64,000 nt of DNA from Trichoplax adhaerens (taxonomy: Eukaryota; Animalia; Placozoa), in NCBI RefSeq assembly GCF_000150275.1, contig NW_002060945.1:8510011-8574010 (forward strand), written 5' to 3'. Below, piece after piece: positions 62,193 through 64,000 of this stretch (positions within the stretch are counted from its first letter, which is position 1; every line of letters starts with the position of its first letter). The notes under the pieces were generated by a model that was given only the letters and a program-made list of their open reading frames with translations, was not told where the DNA came from and did no database searches. Made by a program: the position numbers and the translations under genes.

Positions 62193-63535
62193 GTCTCTCC
62201 TAGTCTCTCTTACTATCCCCTACACTCTTCAGAATCTAATTAAATACTACCAGTTGGTCCCTAAGACCTTAATACGACCAAATTAGTTAGCTAGTTGGGC
62301 AAATTTCTTCTTTGATGGAACAAATCCCAATACAAAGTACAATATTGACTCGATCTTACAGTATAAACTTGGCCAAGTTAGAGTTGCTTCTCACACACCT
62401 AATAATCACAGTCTCTCCTAGTCTCTCCTACTATCCCTACACTCTTCAGAATCTAATTAAATACTACCTGTGAGTCCCTAATACGACCAAATTAGTTAGC
62501 TAGTTGGGCAAATTTCTTCTTTGATGGAACAAATCCCAATACAAAGTACAATATTGACTCGATCTTACAGTATAAACTCGGCCAAGTTAGAGGTGCTTCT
62601 CATACACCTAATAATCACAGTCTCTCCTACTATCCCCACACTCTTCAGAATCTCCACTTAAATACTACCTGTGAGTCCCTAATACGACCAAATTAGTTAG
62701 CTAGTTGGGCAAATTTCTTCTTTCATGGAATAAATTGCAATACAAAGTAAAGTATGGAATAGATCCTATAGTACTGTATAGATTCAGCCAAGTTACAGAG
62801 CTAGCTCGAAAAAGTTCTTCTTTGATTGAATAAATTGCAATACAAAGTAAAGTATGGGAATAGATTCAGCCAAGTTACAGAGCTAGCTCGAGAAAGTTCT
62901 TCTTTGATTGAATAAATCGCAATACAAAGTAAAGTATGAGAATAGATTCTATAGTACTGAATAGATTCAGCCAAGTTACAGAGCTAGCTCGAGAAAGTTC
63001 TTCTTTGATTGAATAAATCGCAATACAAAGTAAAGTATGGGAATAGATTCTATAGTATTGAATAGATTCAGCCAAGTTACAGAGCTAGCTCGAGAAAGTT
63101 CTTCTTTGATTGAATAACTCGCAATACAAAGTAAAGTATGGGAATAGATTCTATAGTACTGAATAGATTCAGCCAAGTTACAGAGCTAGCTCGAGAAAGT
63201 TCTTCTTTGATTGAATAAATCGCAATACAAAGTAAAGTATGGAATAGATCCTATAGTATAGTTTCGTCCAAGTTAGTGCGCTAGTTCGGTAAATTTCTTC
63301 CTTGATTAAATAAATCGCAATATAAAGTAAAGTATGGAATAGATCCTATAGTATAGACTCGGCCAAGTTAGAGAGCTAGTTTGGGAAATTTCTTCCTTGA
63401 TTGAATAAATCGCAATACAATGTACAATATTGACTCGATCCTATAGTATAGACTGGGACAAGTTAGTGAGCTAGTTCAGGAAATTTCTTCTTTGATTGAA
63501 TAAATTGCAATGCAAAACATTGACTCGATCCTATA
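62193..63535. repeat. Composite tandem satellite: ~2.5 copies of a ~200-210 bp unit followed by ~8 copies of a ~101-bp unit
   Basis: ATACGACCAAATTAGTTAGCTAGTTGGGC occurs at ~62272, 62481 and 62682. GCCAAGTTACAGAGCTAGCTCGAGAAAGTTCTTCTTTGATTGAATAA recurs every 101 bp, which generates the near-identical ORFs at 62875 and 62976. Confidence 0.92.
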
Positions 63536-63572
63536 CGCAGTTTAATACCGATAAATACACACACCACATATT

Positions 63573-63610
63573 GTCATTTTGCAAAATGCCCGGGCAGTTT
63601 GCAAAATGAC
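63573..63610. repeat. Near-perfect 38-bp palindrome
   Basis: GTCATTTTGCAAA-A-TGCCCGGGCA-G-TTTGCAAAATGAC, with one mismatched pair. Confidence 0.85.
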
Positions 63611-64000
63611 CGACTTCGCATACGGTCACGTTCATATATATAATAATAATTAATTTCTAGTTATGGGATTCTGTTCACTCAATACACGTATCGACTAAAT
63701 CCTACGGTATAATACTAATCAATATACACTATATTGATATATATATATAATTATAATAATAACTAATTTCTAGTTACGGCATTCTATTCGCTAAATCAGC
63801 GCATTTGACGTTGATTACTAGGAAATTTCTAATGAAGACCTGGAAGCTGTGATGGTAACCTAAATTTGAAGCTACTGTACTGTATTTGAAGTCTTCAACA
63901 ATTTACTAGTAGATAAATACAGGAAGAAATTACGGTAGTAGCAATACAATTAATTTATTTTATAGTATTGGACAAGGACGCCATTATCCTTGTTAGATGG

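Noticed and set aside
62700-63535. CRISPR-like array, and the 66-aa ORFs at 62875 and 62976
   Set aside because: Units repeat along their whole length with no unique spacers and there are no cas genes. The ORFs are by-products of the satellite.

Overview
AT-rich, compact, intron-rich animal genomic DNA. Many ~60-300 bp GT-AG introns and TACAG/CTGTA-rich promoter arrays suggest a placozoan (Trichoplax-like) genome; this is an inference. Manual splicing supports ten host genes: VPS41 (5'-truncated), fused EPRS1, BARD1, MED1, MPLKIP, WDR24, a single-exon NeuroD-like bHLH, ALG14, ABCD3 and a thimet oligopeptidase/neurolysin. The stand-out feature is a ~3.5 kb island (45797-49325) between ALG14 and ABCD3, bracketed by an exact 113-bp direct repeat of host-type promoter DNA. 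It holds intronless, higher-GC, bacterial-style ORFs, an operon-like pair with an intrinsic-terminator-like hairpin, and a 37-codon fragment of bacterial polynucleotide phosphorylase that resembles chlamydial PNPase. It reads as a patchwork nuclear insertion of endosymbiont DNA, but an assembly chimera cannot be excluded. Other observations are deep synteny with vertebrate paralogons, a TA-flanked MITE with its empty site in a local paralogous copy, and a composite satellite at the right end. Gene spans are first-to-last coding base as deduced by eye.
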